Numbered from the stretch's first letter, positions 43,216 through 55,339 are shown. The stretch: 64,000 nucleotides of DNA from Schizochytrium sp. TIO01 (GCA_004764695.1 SMSO01000032.1:3566483-3630482), one strand, 5' to 3'. Numbers and translations are program-made. The notes: generated from the letters alone by a model not told the origin.

Positions 43216-46200
43216 GAACAAAAATTGAGAGAGCAGGAGAGAGAACAACTCGAACAGCGTTTTCTCCTTCTTTCAATCGATGGTTCATTCGAGTTCGACA
43301 TTTATTCTTTGAAGCGACTTCGTCGATTGGGTGGTTGTTCAGGCGGTGGTGTCATTTCCCTGTGGTTGTCAAAGCAGCATATCTTTTGCGAAGATTTCGG
43401 GATCGGCTGGCTGTCGCTGCCGCGCAGACTGGTTGCGCATGTGTTCACTTGTGGACAATTTGTATCACTGGGATAGTCTTTTCAGTCTTTCTTTCACACC
43501 TTTGTTGACTTTCTTCAATCTGCACGTGCTTTCTTTCTTTCTTCAGATTCTTTGGGCCATGAATGGCTTCTGTTTTTGATGCAAACTGCGCTCGAGTTCA
43601 ACGCAATTAGGTCCTCGACAACGATGTTGGTTGGTGCTGTGATCGCTTCCGTGTCTTCGCGAACCAAGGACGCGATGGTTTGCGGCCGTAGAACTGCGGA
43701 AGCACATGGGTGTTCGCCTCGACTTGAACTTGTGTGAGTTTGAGTTAGTTAGTTTCATGTTAGCTTTGCTTCGCTACGCTAAGCCACTTATTAGTCAGGG
43801 AAACAGCACTCGCAGTTCCAGTTTCATGACAAAAGCAATGCTTATTCATTTACACCAAACAACCATGAAGCAAGCAAAAGGAAGGCAAGCGAAGGTGCGT
43901 GTTTCTTCATGAAAGGGTGCTTGTCTCAACTTGCTTGCTTGCTTGCTCACTTGCTTGCTTGCTTGCCAGCACTCCGGGTCGTTTGGACTTGTTCGTGGAC
44001 CATCCTCGCTCACCCTGACGACGGATAATTAGTCATTTCGCAGAATTGAGATTTATCGAGAGTGTATGGACAGAGGCTGGGAACTAGCTACCTGCACAGC
44101 GTTAGCAATTACTCTTGAAGCTAAAGCGGGGCGCACAATCAACGCCCAGCGACACGCCCCCAAAGAGTGGCGGGACTGCTCATCGTCAATTCGTAGTGAA
44201 AGGGAAACCCCGTTGCAAGCGGAGTTTTTCTCTCTTTGGCTCCAGCGACTGGTTTGGACAGACCTCGTGAGTACTTTTCACTCGTTCGGCACCCGAGACG
44301 AGCGAGCGAGCGAGCGAGCAGTTGCCGGAAGGGGAACTTGTTTGAAGCCCTCGTTCTCGACAAAAATCTAAGTAAATTTCAATAAAGAAGAACCGGTCGA
44401 GTTGACGACAGTCCCGAGCGCAAGCTCTTTTAGCCCCATGTCAGCTTTGTCAGTCATGAATATCCGTCGTCGTGCATCCCCTCTCCAGTTCGCCTACCCA
44501 ACCACCCATTCACCAGAGTATCGTACATTCAACTTGAAGGTATGCACCATTTTACATTCTTCAAGTTGGGCGTCAAAATTAAAAAACAATACAGCAGAAG
44601 CTGTGCCGGGATTGAGGTCTCGCAGTCCTATTGTTTGCGCTATTACATCCCTACAGTGCACACCTCATCGGCAAGTGCTGCAACCGATGCGCTCCACAGA
44701 GATGGACTTCGTTGGCCACACAGAAGAGCATACCAAGGTTATGGCGAAAGCTCACAACAGACTCAAAGAGTCTCAGTTTCCCTGGATCGTGCCATGTTTC
44801 TCTGGTGGAGCTAACTTTGCCGCAGCATACAGCCCTCGGGGCCCGTCTCCGTCAAGTGGAAGAGCATGACTCCTCCAGATCATCATCTTCAGAGTGTTCC
44901 CTTCTTACCTCTAGAGGTACCTATATCCTATCTTCAATCAAAGGGAAAGAAGCCCAGAACTTCGAATGACGATGACTCGTTCTGCACGCAGAATGTCGTC
45001 GTGCTGGCTATCCACAGCGCTGTCATGCAAGCAAACTAACTTCGCCGTTCGTGCAGACAAGAGCACACATTTACCTCAACCGGAATCTGGAAGCTGGGCA
45101 CTGGAACGTAGCTACAAGTTGTACAAGATCAAGTTACTCTGAGGTCGCTTCGCTGTGCAGTTCTGCGAGCAGGTCTGCACATCGAAAGGGCTAACCTGCA
45201 TCCAAATAGCAGCATGCAATTTCGCACATCGAGCACTGCTCACTCCACAGGCCTGCTTCAACATTGCAGCAGCTGGATATGGGTCTCTCGGAGTGCAGCC
45301 AGAGGTTAGCTAAAATCCAGCAGGCCCCGGCTTTGTCTGGCCAGCGTGAAGGTATCCAAGAATGCTCAAATGTGGCGCAAGCTCTGATCTTATGCACCTC
45401 AATAAAACACACATTGGCATTATTTTCATCGAAGAGCTAAGGGCCAGCTCGATCAAGTTGCGAAGCATCGACGACGCCTGTGACTGATGATACAAAACAA
45501 CCCGCCACCAACCTTCCCATCTACCTTCGTGTCCGTCCTCTTCCTGATCCGGTGGTCTGAAGCACGGCTCCATAATCCGGGCTTTTCATCGACATTCTTC
45601 AAGTGCCAGATGGACACGCTCCAGCAGGACGCCGTGCACAACTCGAGGTGGGCTCACGGCAAATTACGGCGCACTATGGCGCCGAAGAACATGCAAAGAA
45701 CCTCTGCGTAACCCCAACTCTTGCCTTCTCCGCCACCTTTAACATGTTGACTTCGCCTACAACGCATTTTCTCAATGATCCTCGACTTTACTTGATCAAA
45801 ACCAAGATATTGCAATATGACTAGGTTGAAAGACCTTTCCTTGGGACATCTCGGGTGTATGTATAAATTTAATTGGAGCTCAAGGTCTGTCTATTGATGT
45901 GCTCCAAGTAAGCGAATCTCACGCGGTGTGACAAATGGGGCAAACAACATGTTTACTTTAGGGCACGCTCTGTCTATAATATGAGCTTTGCCTAATCGAA
46001 TCTAGCACATGTTTGTTTGGACTTTTGGGGGTCCCATGTTTGGGACCAAGTTTGGTCCCAGTGATCATTTTTGAGACGTGAACATTGGAAAAGGTCCTTC
46101 TTCCGTGGCTTGAGAACGTGGTTTTGTTGGGAAGCGGCGAGACTTCTGGGCAAAGTGGGTTTGGGCTGGCGTGAGAAGCAGCCCCATCGATTAGCAAACT

Positions 46201-46489
46201 ACGACCACCTCGCTGTACTTTGGAAAAAGCGTTTATTATTGTTTAGGAGCACAGATTCCGTTGGCAGCAGGTACGTAGTGGATTCCGTGGATTGCTACTT
46301 GTACTGCAGAACGAGTCCCAGAAGCCTTGACCTGCACAGGTTTTGGAATTGAAGCTACAGCATACCTCAAGTTTGAGAAAGACTGAGATCTGAATCATCA
46401 GTGCTGGCCATACTACCACCCGAGGTTTGCATTGTTTGTGTTGGTGAGGCTAGCTGCGGCTTGGGCCACTCTGAAGAAATACTTTGGAG

Positions 46490-49400
46490 ATGGCAAAGTC
46501 CGCGAAGAAGAGCAGCCATGGCGGAGCTCAAGCGACACCACAGCAGCTGAAGAGCAAAGCCCAGAATCAAGGCGCGGGAGGGGTTTTTGATCTAGTAGAT
46601 AAGATTCCGATGTCATATATTGTTGCCTCGATTGTTATTTGCGGCTTAGCTTTACTCATGTCCAAGATACAAACGGGAGAGATGAGAATGCCAGGTACAA
46701 GTACTACCCTTGCGTTTGAGAGCTTTATGAGCTCAAGGCCTGCAGCATGGTACTCTGACAAACACAAAGTTGGTCTCTCTTTGCCTCCTGTCACGAACTA
46801 TGACCAGCCATTTGAGTATGCCACACTTCTCACCACAGAGTCATTTCAGAAGGAGGTGATTCAGGCAGATTCTGAAGTTCTAGTTCTTGTTGTCTTCTAC
46901 GACCCGCGATCGTACTCGTTTCAACACCTGCATAAGGAGATCGACGCTGCAGCGAAATTGATCAGCCACGATACTTTCCTGCAGACGCGCGCACGGATCT
47001 GCGTTGTTAACGCGGCTGTGGAGTCCTGGTTGAGTGAACTGTATGCACCACTTGGACGTACGGAGCAAAGAACGACTCGTCAAACACGAACATCCTTTCA
47101 ATTTGGCCATGCAACAACGTTTGGTATGCTTTCCCGAGTATTCTTGGGAGGACAAATTCACGGAGCTTACAAGGGACTATACGCGGCGAATGAGTTGATA
47201 AACTTCGTAAAGCTCTGGCTGGAACCGCTTGAGCCGCGGCAGGTCTCTAACGCTGATGAAGTTATATCATTTGTTCGCAAGGAGGGTCATTTACCTGCCC
47301 TGGTGGCATGCCGTGGACTTGTGGACGAAGCAAGCTACAAAGACCTCGTAAGACGGTTCCATGGAATGTCTTATAGTCTTTTTGTGGATCATGAGGGCAA
47401 TTCTATAAATGAAGTTTGTATACAAACGTTAGATGATGGAGCGCAACAGGATTGCACAGTAGTGACATATGATGCCTTTGGCGAACGTTTCTGCTTTACA
47501 GGATCTTCATTAGATGTGAATGCAGATGTGTTCATTCGCACGCATGCACGCCCACAGTTAGAAGAACTCCGAACTGAAAATGCACCCTTGTATATGCGCT
47601 CTACCTTCATTTGTGTACTCATTTACGACCTCGACAACCTAAGCAGCTATCATCACTTGTTAAAGGTCGTACGAGCTGTCCGTCGCCATCCTCAGTTTGC
47701 CGCATTCAACCCCCATGTTGAATTTGTTCTTGCGGATATCAAAGTTATGGGTGATGATTTTGGGCTTGCTGATGATGATACGAACGCAATTTTATTCCAA
47801 TCAGTCCTGTTAGAGCAAGCTCAGCAAGAGAGTATTTATCAATCTTCTCACGAGCGCACAGATGCAGTAAACCTCCTCGATGAAAGAATCAACGTTGTTT
47901 CAGAGAATGTGGTCAGATGGTTTATTGATGAGCTTGCTGTGGATTTTGACGAGCTTGTCCGCGACCATTCTCTGTTTATTCATAAAGGTGGACTCAGTCG
48001 CGCTGCCGCAGGAGCAAAACAAGCCTCTGATAGGGCGACCCTTACCGACGTACAAAAAGCTCAACCCCAACTCGATGCAAAAGTGAAACCTCAGATCGAC
48101 TTTGATCCTGCAGCAGAGGAATTCAAGCATACGCGCATGGCAGCTGCATATGCTCAAATGCCTTTGAAGGAAGCGTATAACCTTTTTGCCAACCTCTACT
48201 CAGAGTATGCTGCGATGGAGGAAGTCTGGGAGTCCTATAGTGAAGTAGAAAAGACCGCAGAGTCGGGCATGCGAGATGGTTTGGAGATGGTGCGCAACTA
48301 CCTACAAAGTAAGCCCCACCTTCACAATTTTGTTCAGACGATCCCACTTACGCCGCGACGCTTGCGTGATACGATCGAGGGCCAGTATGAGCGCGAGGAG
48401 CTTCTAAGAGCACTAGAGCGGCTTGATCGCGAACGAGTTGCTCTCTCTAATTCTGCTGTTCTTGACAGCAATGGCCAAGAAGCTATCGCGTCCCAGCGTC
48501 AATGGGCAGAGGCAGCACACTTCATGGAATACGCCGTGTATGAAATTTACAAGGATCGTTCTTCACAGTACGCACAACAGCGTCAAAATGAAGGCAAGAA
48601 AGAACCGCCACAAGCCATGGAGCTGCAAATTGACCGTCGGTCTGCTGACGAATTGTCTGTAGAGGAATTCGCGCGTGAATATGCCGGAAAGGGACGTCCT
48701 GTGATTATTGAGAATGTGAATCTCACTCGACAAACTTGGGACATTGACTTTTTTAAAGACAAATGTGGTGATAAGTATCCAAACTATGCGACCTTGGATC
48801 GCTCAAAGAAGACCTGGGGAGGTCTTGTTTCGGTACCAGCTCAAGTCACAATGCGTGAATTTATTGAAACCTACCGTACTGTAGAGGAGCGCAAGAGTTG
48901 GTATGTGCACGACTGGAGTCTCCCTCGTCAGTGTCCCGAAGTCTTTGGCGAAGCTCCTTATGAAGAGTTTATGGTTCCCAAATATTTTGCTGGAGATTAT
49001 ATGCAGCGTCTTCCATTTGAGGGCTATCACCATACTTGGCCCTCACTCTTCATTGGTGCGAACGGCACTCAGAGTTTGATGCATGTCGACAGTGGAGGTA
49101 CTAATTTTTGGATGTACCTTGTGAAGGGTGTTAAAGAGTGGCGCTTTTTCGAGCGAAAAGATATTCCCAACTTGTATGCTCGTCCTACATCGTCTTCATT
49201 CGCTGTTGATCCTTTCGAACAGGACGGAGAGCGGTTCCCTCTTCTTGGGAAAGCTCGCATGTATCGTGGTATGCAAAAGGCCGGTGACCTAGTTTTTGTT
49301 CCTGGCGGCTCACCACATGGAGTTCGTAACCACGACGACGTTCTGGGGTTGTCAATGAACTACATTGATGATACAAATATGTGGCTTTATTTGTGGACAC

Positions 49401-49579
49401 AGCTTCATAGTGGTAATCTACGTGCGTTTGAGACGCTCACGCAGTCTAATTTCCCTCGTGGGCTACAGGTGAATCAATCAGACTTGAGTTTTGGAAAGTA
49501 TAAGTCGACTGATTGGTACAAGCTATGGAAAGAGGGCAAGCTCGATCTTATTGTTGACAATTACAAGTCATCACCTTGA
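46490..49579 (+). CDS. Membrane-anchored protein with redox-inactive thioredoxin/PDI-like domains and a C-terminal JmjC 2-oxoglutarate oxygenase domain
   Basis: TM (YIVASIVICGLALLM); Trx-like LTTESFQKEVI...VLVVFYDPRSYSF...YKGLYAANELINFV; JmjC LSVEEFAREY..KGRPVII, SLFIG...SLMHVD, GVKEW, GDLVFVPGGSPHGVRN. First ATG at 46490. Confidence 0.88.
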   Translation: MAKSAKKSSHGGAQATPQQLKSKAQNQGAGGVFDLVDKIPMSYIVASIVICGLALLMSKIQTGEMRMPGTSTTLAFESFMSSRPAAWYSDKHKVGLSLPPVTNYDQPFEYATLLTTESFQKEVIQADSEVLVLVVFYDPRSYSFQHLHKEIDAAAKLISHDTFLQTRARICVVNAAVESWLSELYAPLGRTEQRTTRQTRTSFQFGHATTFGMLSRVFLGGQIHGAYKGLYAANELINFVKLWLEPLEPRQVSNADEVISFVRKEGHLPALVACRGLVDEASYKDLVRRFHGMSYSLFVDHEGNSINEVCIQTLDDGAQQDCTVVTYDAFGERFCFTGSSLDVNADVFIRTHARPQLEELRTENAPLYMRSTFICVLIYDLDNLSSYHHLLKVVRAVRRHPQFAAFNPHVEFVLADIKVMGDDFGLADDDTNAILFQSVLLEQAQQESIYQSSHERTDAVNLLDERINVVSENVVRWFIDELAVDFDELVRDHSLFIHKGGLSRAAAGAKQASDRATLTDVQKAQPQLDAKVKPQIDFDPAAEEFKHTRMAAAYAQMPLKEAYNLFANLYSEYAAMEEVWESYSEVEKTAESGMRDGLEMVRNYLQSKPHLHNFVQTIPLTPRRLRDTIEGQYEREELLRALERLDRERVALSNSAVLDSNGQEAIASQRQWAEAAHFMEYAVYEIYKDRSSQYAQQRQNEGKKEPPQAMELQIDRRSADELSVEEFAREYAGKGRPVIIENVNLTRQTWDIDFFKDKCGDKYPNYATLDRSKKTWGGLVSVPAQVTMREFIETYRTVEERKSWYVHDWSLPRQCPEVFGEAPYEEFMVPKYFAGDYMQRLPFEGYHHTWPSLFIGANGTQSLMHVDSGGTNFWMYLVKGVKEWRFFERKDIPNLYARPTSSSFAVDPFEQDGERFPLLGKARMYRGMQKAGDLVFVPGGSPHGVRNHDDVLGLSMNYIDDTNMWLYLWTQLHSGNLRAFETLTQSNFPRGLQVNQSDLSFGKYKSTDWYKLWKEGKLDLIVDNYKSSP

Positions 49580-51018
49580 TCTATTTCATATTATGTTTTT
49601 CTTTCTCGTTTGCCTAAAGTTAGAACTAGTTTCTGTGTCACTTTTATTCAGCTGTGTTCATTGCTCATCCAGATTTTCTTTTTGTATGGAGGTCTGCGCG
49701 AGCATTGCTTGAGCTTTCATGTGCCTTTTGTTATTTTTTTTTTCTCCCTGGTCTTATGTATTGTGTTTGTTTCTGACCATAGTGTACAGACAAATCTAGC
49801 TTGTGCATGGTCCCATCCATGGTGCACGCTTTCAGGAGAACTTGTCCTCCTCCGCTCGCTCACAATGCGACGCAGATTGATTTTATAAATCACCAACCAG
49901 CAGCGATGAGTCCATCGGCGCCACGTATTGATGAAATTCTTTCGATGCAGTTTGCACATACCGGACCAATTTTGCTGCAACGAATCATGCTTCTGTAAGC
50001 TCAGTCTCCCATGACCGTGTGCATCGTCTTCTTCTTCTTCCATGACAATTCAGCCTTCTTCCGAGCTTCCCCATAGTTCCTCCGAAGTCCACCAACGTCA
50101 TCGCCGCCACTGTATACCTCCAACTCCCTCACCTCTAACTCCCGAAAGGCGTACGCCGAGGAGGCGATGACGTTTGCCTCTGCGAGCACTTGTTTCCTCC
50201 AATGAGCAGCTTTGCCGCTCTTCTGCTCTCAATGCCATCCTTATACTGTCTGTTTTTCTGTCCGTCGATCGATCGATCGATCTGTGCATTCGAGCTAATT
50301 TAATGACCCTTTTCCTTATCTGAGCTAAACAAATGAAGGGAGATTTGTTATCCTTACTATTATCATGACAACTTGGAAGAGACTAAACATTTCTTTTTAA
50401 ATAAAATTACAAAATAAGACCAATTGAAATATTTTAATTATCGATCTGCTACGTAATGTACAGGCTGAATTTGTTTTTTTTACAATAAAAAAATAAAGTA
50501 TAACAATAAAAAATAAATTGAGAGTAAGAGGGAATAAGATGGGCGAAGCGAAGCGGTCATCACCTTCATGAACAAAGCTCCTGCTTGCAGTAGAGGTGTA
50601 AGATTCGAGCGCACAAACAGGTATGCATTAGATTTGGGATGGGATGGCAAACTTGGGAGGAGATCGAGAGTAACTGCGGTCAGAACGAACTGCAACATTA
50701 TTGTCAAAATCTAGTAGACTATCATTGCTGTTTATTATTATTATTTAAATAAATAAATAAAAATTACAATTAAGCTCTCAAAGCTGCCTTTTGATCTGCG
50801 GCTTTATCTGATCTGCGTATCACAGGTCCATGCTTTGTAGGCTATTATGAGGGAGCTATTAGTCGGCCATTCGCAATCGTCAGCTTGAGCTCTAGGACGT
50901 CCATCCTTGAGGTCGTGGCTTCATTTTTGGGTGGGGTTAACGTTGTTTCTTTCAACTTTCATCATCTGGTATTGCTATTTATTTTTGATCAAAACATTTT
51001 TATCTTCTATATATATAA

Positions 51019-51022
<4 letters not shown>

Positions 51023-51061
<39 letters not shown>
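51023..51061. repeat. (AT)n microsatellite
   Basis: Directly visible in the sequence. Confidence 0.95.
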
Positions 51062-51065
<4 letters not shown>

Positions 51066-51629
51066 GTTAAAATAAAGAGAAATAAAATAAATGTTGTCCA
51101 TTCTTCTAATTAAATAGAGAGAGGAACGAAACCCAATAACAATTGTAATTCAACCATAGGACAGTGGGTAGGTTTCCTCGAGTTCCTCCCAAATCGGCGT
51201 TCTCTCGTTCCAAGGTACTTCGTAGATTTGCTGCAAAACTCCGCACAGAATAGTCCTTCGAGCCAAGTCCCAGTGGCGCCAAGCTTTTTCTATGAGCTAA
51301 CTAACCATCCGAATATGCACCATCATCACGAAACTTATGGCACACATCGACCACGACGGCGAGGGAGAGCGCTTGAACCTCATCTGTGAACCCATGACAG
51401 CGAAAGGATATGGACATCCATCAGATCGATCTTCAGCAATCTCGAGTGATGAGTGATAAGCTCTTGCAAATGTCCAAGTCTGCCTGCCGTGCAATTAATT
51501 ATCAACCAATGACATACCTTCCCGTGCCATGCTCAAAGCCTGTGCGTGTAAGACAGTGCGTGGACCTTTCCAGCGAACACCCCGAGGACCAACTTGTGTC
51601 TGTGCACATAGCTCATGAGGGAGTGAGTG

Positions 51630-51708
51630 AATGTCAAGATTAATGTCAAGATGAATGTCAAGATAGATGTCAAGATAGATGTCAAGATAGATGTCAAGAT
51701 CGATGTCA
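51630..51708. repeat. Minisatellite, about 6.5 x 12 bp (RATGTCAAGATN)
   Basis: Directly visible tandem array. Confidence 0.9.
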
Positions 51709-53752
51709 GGTTTGGTCTGAGACTCTGCGTTCACATCGACCCTGAAGAGCCCACGGTCAATATTCGCAAGTCAGAAGCTGGCACAGAAGCCCAATCTGTG
51801 TTGCAATCTACGCAGAGCACTCGCGTTGGCAATCGTGTGATCAGCACTGCTGCAGACTCTGTCCACATCGCTCGCCTCTATTCTGGCACCACAAAATCAG
51901 CACCAACCCGATACCCAGAGAACCCGAAGCAACCCCACGAATCGCGCTTTGAAGAAGCTCAAAGCACGCAACGCAACACGCAGCACAGCACAGCACAGCA
52001 CAGCACAGCACAGCACGCACTGCAGACTCTGTGTCCTTCGAGGTCACGTCGCATGAACCCAAAGATGTCCCAGCTCAAGCGTAGGGAAGAAGCAAACAGC
52101 CCCTTTTACAGAATCCCAGAATCCAAGTGACGATTAATTCCACGCATCCTACATTTATGCATCCTCTCTCGAAGGCTTCTTGCTTGCTCACAGCTGCGCC
52201 TTGTAGCCCGCAAGCCGCGTTGCCTTTCTGAGCGACCATCAACGCCAAAGGCCTCAGCGTACGAGCGCCTCGGATAAAGGCGCTCGCGCATTTTGCATTT
52301 GCCGCACAGATTCGTCGCTTCGATAGTCCAACTCCAACGAGAAGACGCTGTTCGTTCCCCGCAATCGAAGAAGTAGAAGAAGAAGAAGAAGAACAACAAC
52401 AACAACCACAAACGAGATTTACAATCGCAATGTGAACTTTCTGTGCTCTGCCGCCCAAAGGTCTTCACTTCTTGAGCTTGCGACGGACTCCCTCAATCGC
52501 CGGTTTCCACGTCGCCAATTTACGCATTTAAGGCCAAGGTCCCAATCCTATCGGAGACATACCTACTTGTGATGAAAGGGACCTTCAACTTTATTCTTCG
52601 TGACGACTTCTAAGGCATTCATTCATTCATTCATTCATTGATTCATTCATTCATTGTGATGATTTCTACAGCTTTCATTCAATCCTTCCTTCATTGATTC
52701 ATTCATTCATTCATTCATTCCTGGATTCTTAAGAAGTGATCGTCCGAGTCATTCACAAAGAAACGTGTGTACAATCCATCTAAAACCATAAACAGCTTTA
52801 AAACAACAGAGCAAAAACAACAAAACAAACAGTGAAAGGGATGTCGTCGCTCCTTCGTTAATCGGTTGATGAGTGAGTACAATTTCACGGTAACCAAAAT
52901 ATGACTGATCGACTACCCTTAGTGCCTTGCTTACGCACTTGCTAAGGTGTGGCAGTTGCTCGCAGTCCTGCAAAAAGTCCGCGCTCTTCGGGCCGAGCGC
53001 GGTCTCTAGCCAGAGGCCGCCTCAGAGGAGGCTCGAGCCCCCCAGCGCGTCGTCGGACGGCCGATCACCGTGGCTCCGACGGCTTATCCCGAAGGAGGCG
53101 ATGGCCGCATTGATTCTGCTCCTCTCCGCGCTTTCTCAATGGCCTAAGTAAGACAGAAACAACAGAAACAACAGAAGAGAGAACTTGAAAGAGTAAAAGA
53201 ATAAAAGAATAAAAGAGTAAAAGAATAAAAGAATAAAAGAAAGAATAAAAGAATAAAAGAGATAAAAGAGATAAAAGAAAGAAGGAAAGCAGAGCACGAA
53301 TGAGGCTGCTGAGGCACCGTGTCTGGTGCGGTACCGCTCCTGTGTAAGTCCGAATGCGGCATATTGTGGAGGAGAGAGAGGCAAGGTGCGGATGGTACCG
53401 GACTTTGAGGGCTTACGGGCATGAAGCGAAGAGATGATTGATTGATTGATTGATTGATTGATCGATCGATCGATCAATTGCCGAAGAACTCAAAGAAGAT
53501 GAAGAAGTAGTTTGGCCTACGTTGGTGGTGAAGAAGAAGAACTGGAGCGATTTAAGCGCGCCATTGGGAGCTTTGGGGCCAAACGAACAGGAGTCCAAGC
53601 AGCTCAAGGAGGTAAGGACTCAGAGGGGAACGAATGGAATCACAAAGAGCTGACCTCGGCTCTTTTATCTTCGATGATTTATTTCAATATTTTATCACCG
53701 AGGATGGCTTAGTGTCTAGTTAGGTAGTCCTAGGGGATGGTAACTTTGGGGG

Positions 53753-53760
53753 TATAAAAG
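53753..53760 (+). promoter_or_regulatory. TATA box (TATAAAAG) of the small zinc-binding gene
   Basis: Consensus TATAAAAG about 140 bp upstream of ATG 53892. Confidence 0.5.
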
Positions 53761-53891
53761 GGTTCGAGAGCTCAAAAGTCAACAGAAACCTTGCAGCAAA
53801 ACTGCATCTCGAGGTGACAAAGCAGCTGCCGCAGCGGAGAAGAGCACTTGACTAATTGATTGTAAACCAACCAGCCAGCCAGCCAGCCAAG

Positions 53892-54241
53892 ATGTGCCGC
53901 AAAGCAAAGTGCTCGAACTGTGGAAAGACCACATGGGCAGGCTGCGGCTTGCACAAGGACGCCGTCATGCGCGATGTGCCTGAGGCCGACAAGTGCCACT
54001 GCACTGGTAAGTTTTAGGATGAGCGATCACAGATAGACTAGAGGTATAGCAAGAAACGCAGAATCAAAACATTGGTCTTCAGAAAACAATAGCGATACCG
54101 AAGTTGAAATTTGTGTGACGCAGCTGAAAGTAGTTTCAAGGGGAGAGAGAGAAAACTAACCTATATTTCTATATTTGTGCGTATGACTTATGGCACCCAG
54201 ATGCGGATCGGAAACCTGAGGCCGGATGCTCAGTACAGTAG
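53892..54241 (+). CDS. Small Cys/His-rich putative zinc-binding protein, 2 exons (53892-54006, 54201-54241), 51 aa, ending in CaaX (CSVQ)
   Basis: CAAG-ATG start; MCRKAKCSNCGKTTWAGCGLHKDAVMRDVPEADKCHCT; donor G|GTAAGT at 54007; branch point ACTAAC 54155-54160; first downstream AG at 54199-54200; exon 2 adds DADRKPEAGCSVQ*. Absent from the ORF track. Confidence 0.85.
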
Positions 54242-55210
54242 TGATTTCGTCGCGACACTATATTATAAACCCCTCATGACTTTTGCTGACTAAGCCTTGT
54301 AGGTTTGCAATCTTCCAGCGCTCTTACAAGATATAAACCCATGGTGTTTTGACAGGCCATCTTTTCTGTTCACCATCGGTCCCCTTATACAGTGAATTGA
54401 ACAATGTAGTTAACGTATATTCAAATACTTTTACTCTTTAAAGACATGTCCTAGATCACCATCAACCCTCAATTGATGATATTGCACTTTTGAGCAACCT
54501 TGTTTGATACTGCTCGACCATTTTACATTTACAATTTCACTCAACAAAATTATACTCGGTGAGAGATGCTGGGGTTCACAAGACCACAAGACTCGTGGAG
54601 CAACACAAAATGCTCGTCTCGACTCAACAGTTTCTTGAAGAACAGAATCCTGGAGAGGGTGGCTCTCGCAGAAGTCGAGAAGCAGCACCTTCGGTTGCCT
54701 CGAGCTACACAACTTGTGACGATCATCAACACTTATCTCATATAACGAAAGCACATTTTTTCGCTCTCAGCTTGGAAAGGATGGACCAACGTCGTTTTTG
54801 AGCAACAAGATAATAAACAACAAGATAAGAACTCGAGAAAATATCAACTATAACTTCGCTTTTTTTTAATGGGCTTATAAGAAGAGAAACTCTACGATAG
54901 GGGAACAAAGTGGTGCGTAGAAGAACGAGAACCAGAGAACCTGTAACTTGAATTCCTGGGCACACAAAAAAATCAGCGGGAAGGAAATGAAATCTAGAAA
55001 AGTCTGCGCTTTCCTCGCACTGCCACAGTGACGATTTGCCGCCACATACAGAAGCCGGCAGGTCTGGGCGTGCGAGCGAGGAGTCTGCAGCCTCTCTTAT
55101 AGGCTATCAACACATCGGGTACGTCTCCAGCTGCAGCTAGAGCTCGACCCCACGGATTCCCACGTGGTCATCATCATCATCGTCATAAACAGATCACGAC
55201 CGGGGTTGCA

Positions 55211-55339
55211 TTACTTGCCTCCTTTGGAGCAGGTGCAGCGCTCAGACTGGGGCACGCCGGCGAGGGCGCTCTCGATGTGGTTGCCGCAGCCACCGTAGGT
55301 GAACTTCTGGCACTTGGGGCAGACGACCTTGTAGCACAT
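55211..55339 (-). CDS. Small Cys/His-rich putative zinc-binding protein, 42 aa, paralog of the 53892 gene
   Basis: CAAG-ATG start after an A-rich leader; MCYKVVCPKCQKFTYGGCGNHIESALAGVPQSERCTCSKGGK has the same C-x4-CxxC-K-T-(W/Y)-GCG-H-x7-VP-x4-CxC spacing. Confidence 0.85.
   Translation of the reverse strand: MCYKVVCPKCQKFTYGGCGNHIESALAGVPQSERCTCSKGGK

Noticed and set aside
43107-43508. Lys/Glu/Arg-rich and Phe/Ser-rich ORFs
   Set aside because: Translations of the (AAAG)n microsatellite.
45480-45560. NLPIYLRVRPLP resembling a kinesin motor start
   Set aside because: Followed at once by stop codons, with no P-loop or switch motifs nearby.
51297-51734. Possible two-exon minus-strand gene (GTATGT donor, TCACAG acceptor)
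   Set aside because: No ATG in the open frame, the N-terminal part is a minisatellite, and the product has no recognisable features.
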